From assembly GCF_018977255.1 (NCBI RefSeq), contig NW_024705546.1, forward strand, positions 1-35,307: DNA of 35,307 nt, read 5' to 3'. Positions 33,401-35,307 of this stretch are shown here, one piece after another. Source of the DNA: Callorhinchus milii. Lineage: Eukaryota. The position numbers and the translations under genes were made by a program. Position 1 is the stretch's first letter; each line of letters begins with the position of its first letter. A model generated the notes under the pieces. It had not been told where the DNA came from, did no database searches, and was given only the letters and a program-made list of their open reading frames with translations.

Positions 33401-35307
33401 TTCCCTAGGAGCAACTCGCATTATTCTGTTTCCGGCGCGAGCCAGAATTAGTCACATATGCATGACTGTCGTCTGCTGGCTGGACTGTTGTAACCCGGGC
33501 TTTCTCAGCTTAAGAGACCGTTCAAGTGGTTTTGTAATAGTAGCACTTGGCAAGGAGCAAGCTCTGATCGCGGGAAAACATGGGTTTATGTGTGTCCATG
33601 TCTCAGTAACATCTACAGCTGGACCAAGCGCATGTTCGCCTTAATTATCATTGGGGCATGTTGTATTCTTGGTTACGATAGGTGCCAGGGCCCCAAGCCG
33701 ACTAACTGGCGTTCGAGTAGGTGCACGTTGAACTTGAACCCTATGTAATCATGCCACATAAGTACAGGTCGGGCAGAAGCACATCCTCCCTTCGTAGTTG
33801 GAAAGCATGAAACAACTTATACCCACTCCGGGATAGTGCGGAGACCAAAGTTGCTTTGAGGGCAGCGTTGTTCGTTTAGACTTTAATTGGAACGGGATCC
33901 TAGGATTCGAATGACAGAGGTCCTGTCCCGTTTTATCTGCATCCACGGATGCACGTATATTCTGAGTAACTCAAACAGTCGATATGTGGTGGGGTGAACG
34001 TCTAATAGTGTAAGTATAATAATAGGGAATCAAGACCTAATTGTAGACCCGGTACTGCGGATCAAAGTCAGAACCACGATGGGAGTAGCGTTGGGAAGTG
34101 CGCGAGTTGAAACCTTACCGTTCAAGCACATCCGCCCCTGCCATTCGACGCATCTCATCGTCAGCGGTCGTAGAGGTCCAGCCTAACTTTAGGTAACCCT
34201 TGATACTTGCCATGTGAGCCAACCTGCGATCAGGCCTCTTGCTTAGGTTGGAGGCCCAGCGACGACTACGCGAGTGCCGGGTCCAGCCGACCGACCGGCC
34301 AGGTATCGGTCTATCGTTCAGGTGAGAACCGTCTTTAGCCTGAAGTCTGAGGGTGTGTCATACGTACAGGCAGGCCCCTTACATGAGCTTATTACAGCTA
34401 GGCTAAATTTTGGCCTTTATGTTCCTACCAGCCATGCTCTGCGAGTTCTCATTGATCTCGTTCGCCGGATCATGTATATCATGACCCTCCCGACAATGTT
34501 TGGATTTGTGAAAGGCGACACTCTGCGGATTCCCCGAAGACCGAGCGCACCTCTGGTGGCACTGCATAACTAGTCGACTACATGCCGATAAGGCCGCGAA
34601 CGCACGATCGGGATGTTCCGTACCTTGCTAAGTGAGCTTTGGCATGTAACTTGTAGATAATTGCCGTAAGATCCCTCCACATATAGCTGGATGCTTCATC
34701 GGTTCCAATCAACAGTGTCTATGACGACCGGATTCTATCCTAGATGTCGCGGGAAAACATTTACCTATGACGAAACTCTGGAAATCGTCAGTACTTCCCA
34801 TGGGATCGCCACACTAGACCGAAAGATTTAAACGAAGCCCTAGCGAAAAGTGAACTGGAAAAATGTATCTCGCCCAGGAAGGCAGGCGATAGGTCCATGG
34901 GTCATTGGGCCGGGACCGTCCCACTATTGTTCCCGGGAGTCTCTCAATATGTTTTAGACCAAGCATGACTAGATGACGTCTAACGCATGAAGTGTCGAAG
35001 CTTCCAAAAGTCTCGATCTAAAGCCGGCATTTGAGACGTGACATGGCACAAGACATTGTGGCTTGCAGCTGGGTGCATTCTATGATTCGTCAAAGAGAGA
35101 CCGTAGCCTGCAGTGCAGTGATGGTCCTTGCCCCCGCGCCCTGGTGGATGTCCCTTGAACTGGATAGCGGAGGCTACCATAAGCCCGTAATGAACACTAG
35201 GGGCGGACCTCATGACAGGTATACATCAGACTAGATCCCCAGGCGGCCTATGCTCAAGCAAGGACCTTTTAGACACGGTTCGCTATCCCCGGTCCGGACC
35301 ACAAGCT

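Overview
Eukaryotic (animal, probably chordate-like; not provable from sequence) repeat-dense DNA with no recognisable host gene. (1) A CA-rich 'CACATGGAC' minisatellite (25-110, 1510-2240, 15136-15272) is interrupted by two insertions. One is a decayed, 5'-truncated RTE-type LINE (minus strand, 112-1509). The other is a young ~12.9 kb Gypsy/retrovirus-like LTR element (2241-15135) with a 4-bp ACTA TSD, near-identical ~2.8 kb LTRs, a tRNA-Pro-type PBS, a PPT, and only a gag-like frame broken by one in-frame TAA, with no pol. (2) A 4.1 kb element with TGTTGTAT...ATACAACA ends and an ACAT TSD (5014-9152), most likely a solo LTR of a related family, is inserted 6 bp from the end of the 5' LTR, right in front of the PBS. 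Both LTR types have a TATA-like box followed by GC-rich, hairpin-containing tandem repeats. (3) L2/CR1-type LINE debris lies at 16.3-16.8 kb. (4) A 10.4 kb strand-asymmetric satellite (17021-27438) has a 30-bp monomer carrying three T-tracts at 10-bp spacing, with kilobase-scale higher-order duplications. (5) After a 30-N gap come 7.8 kb that look like random sequence, in which I could support no feature.
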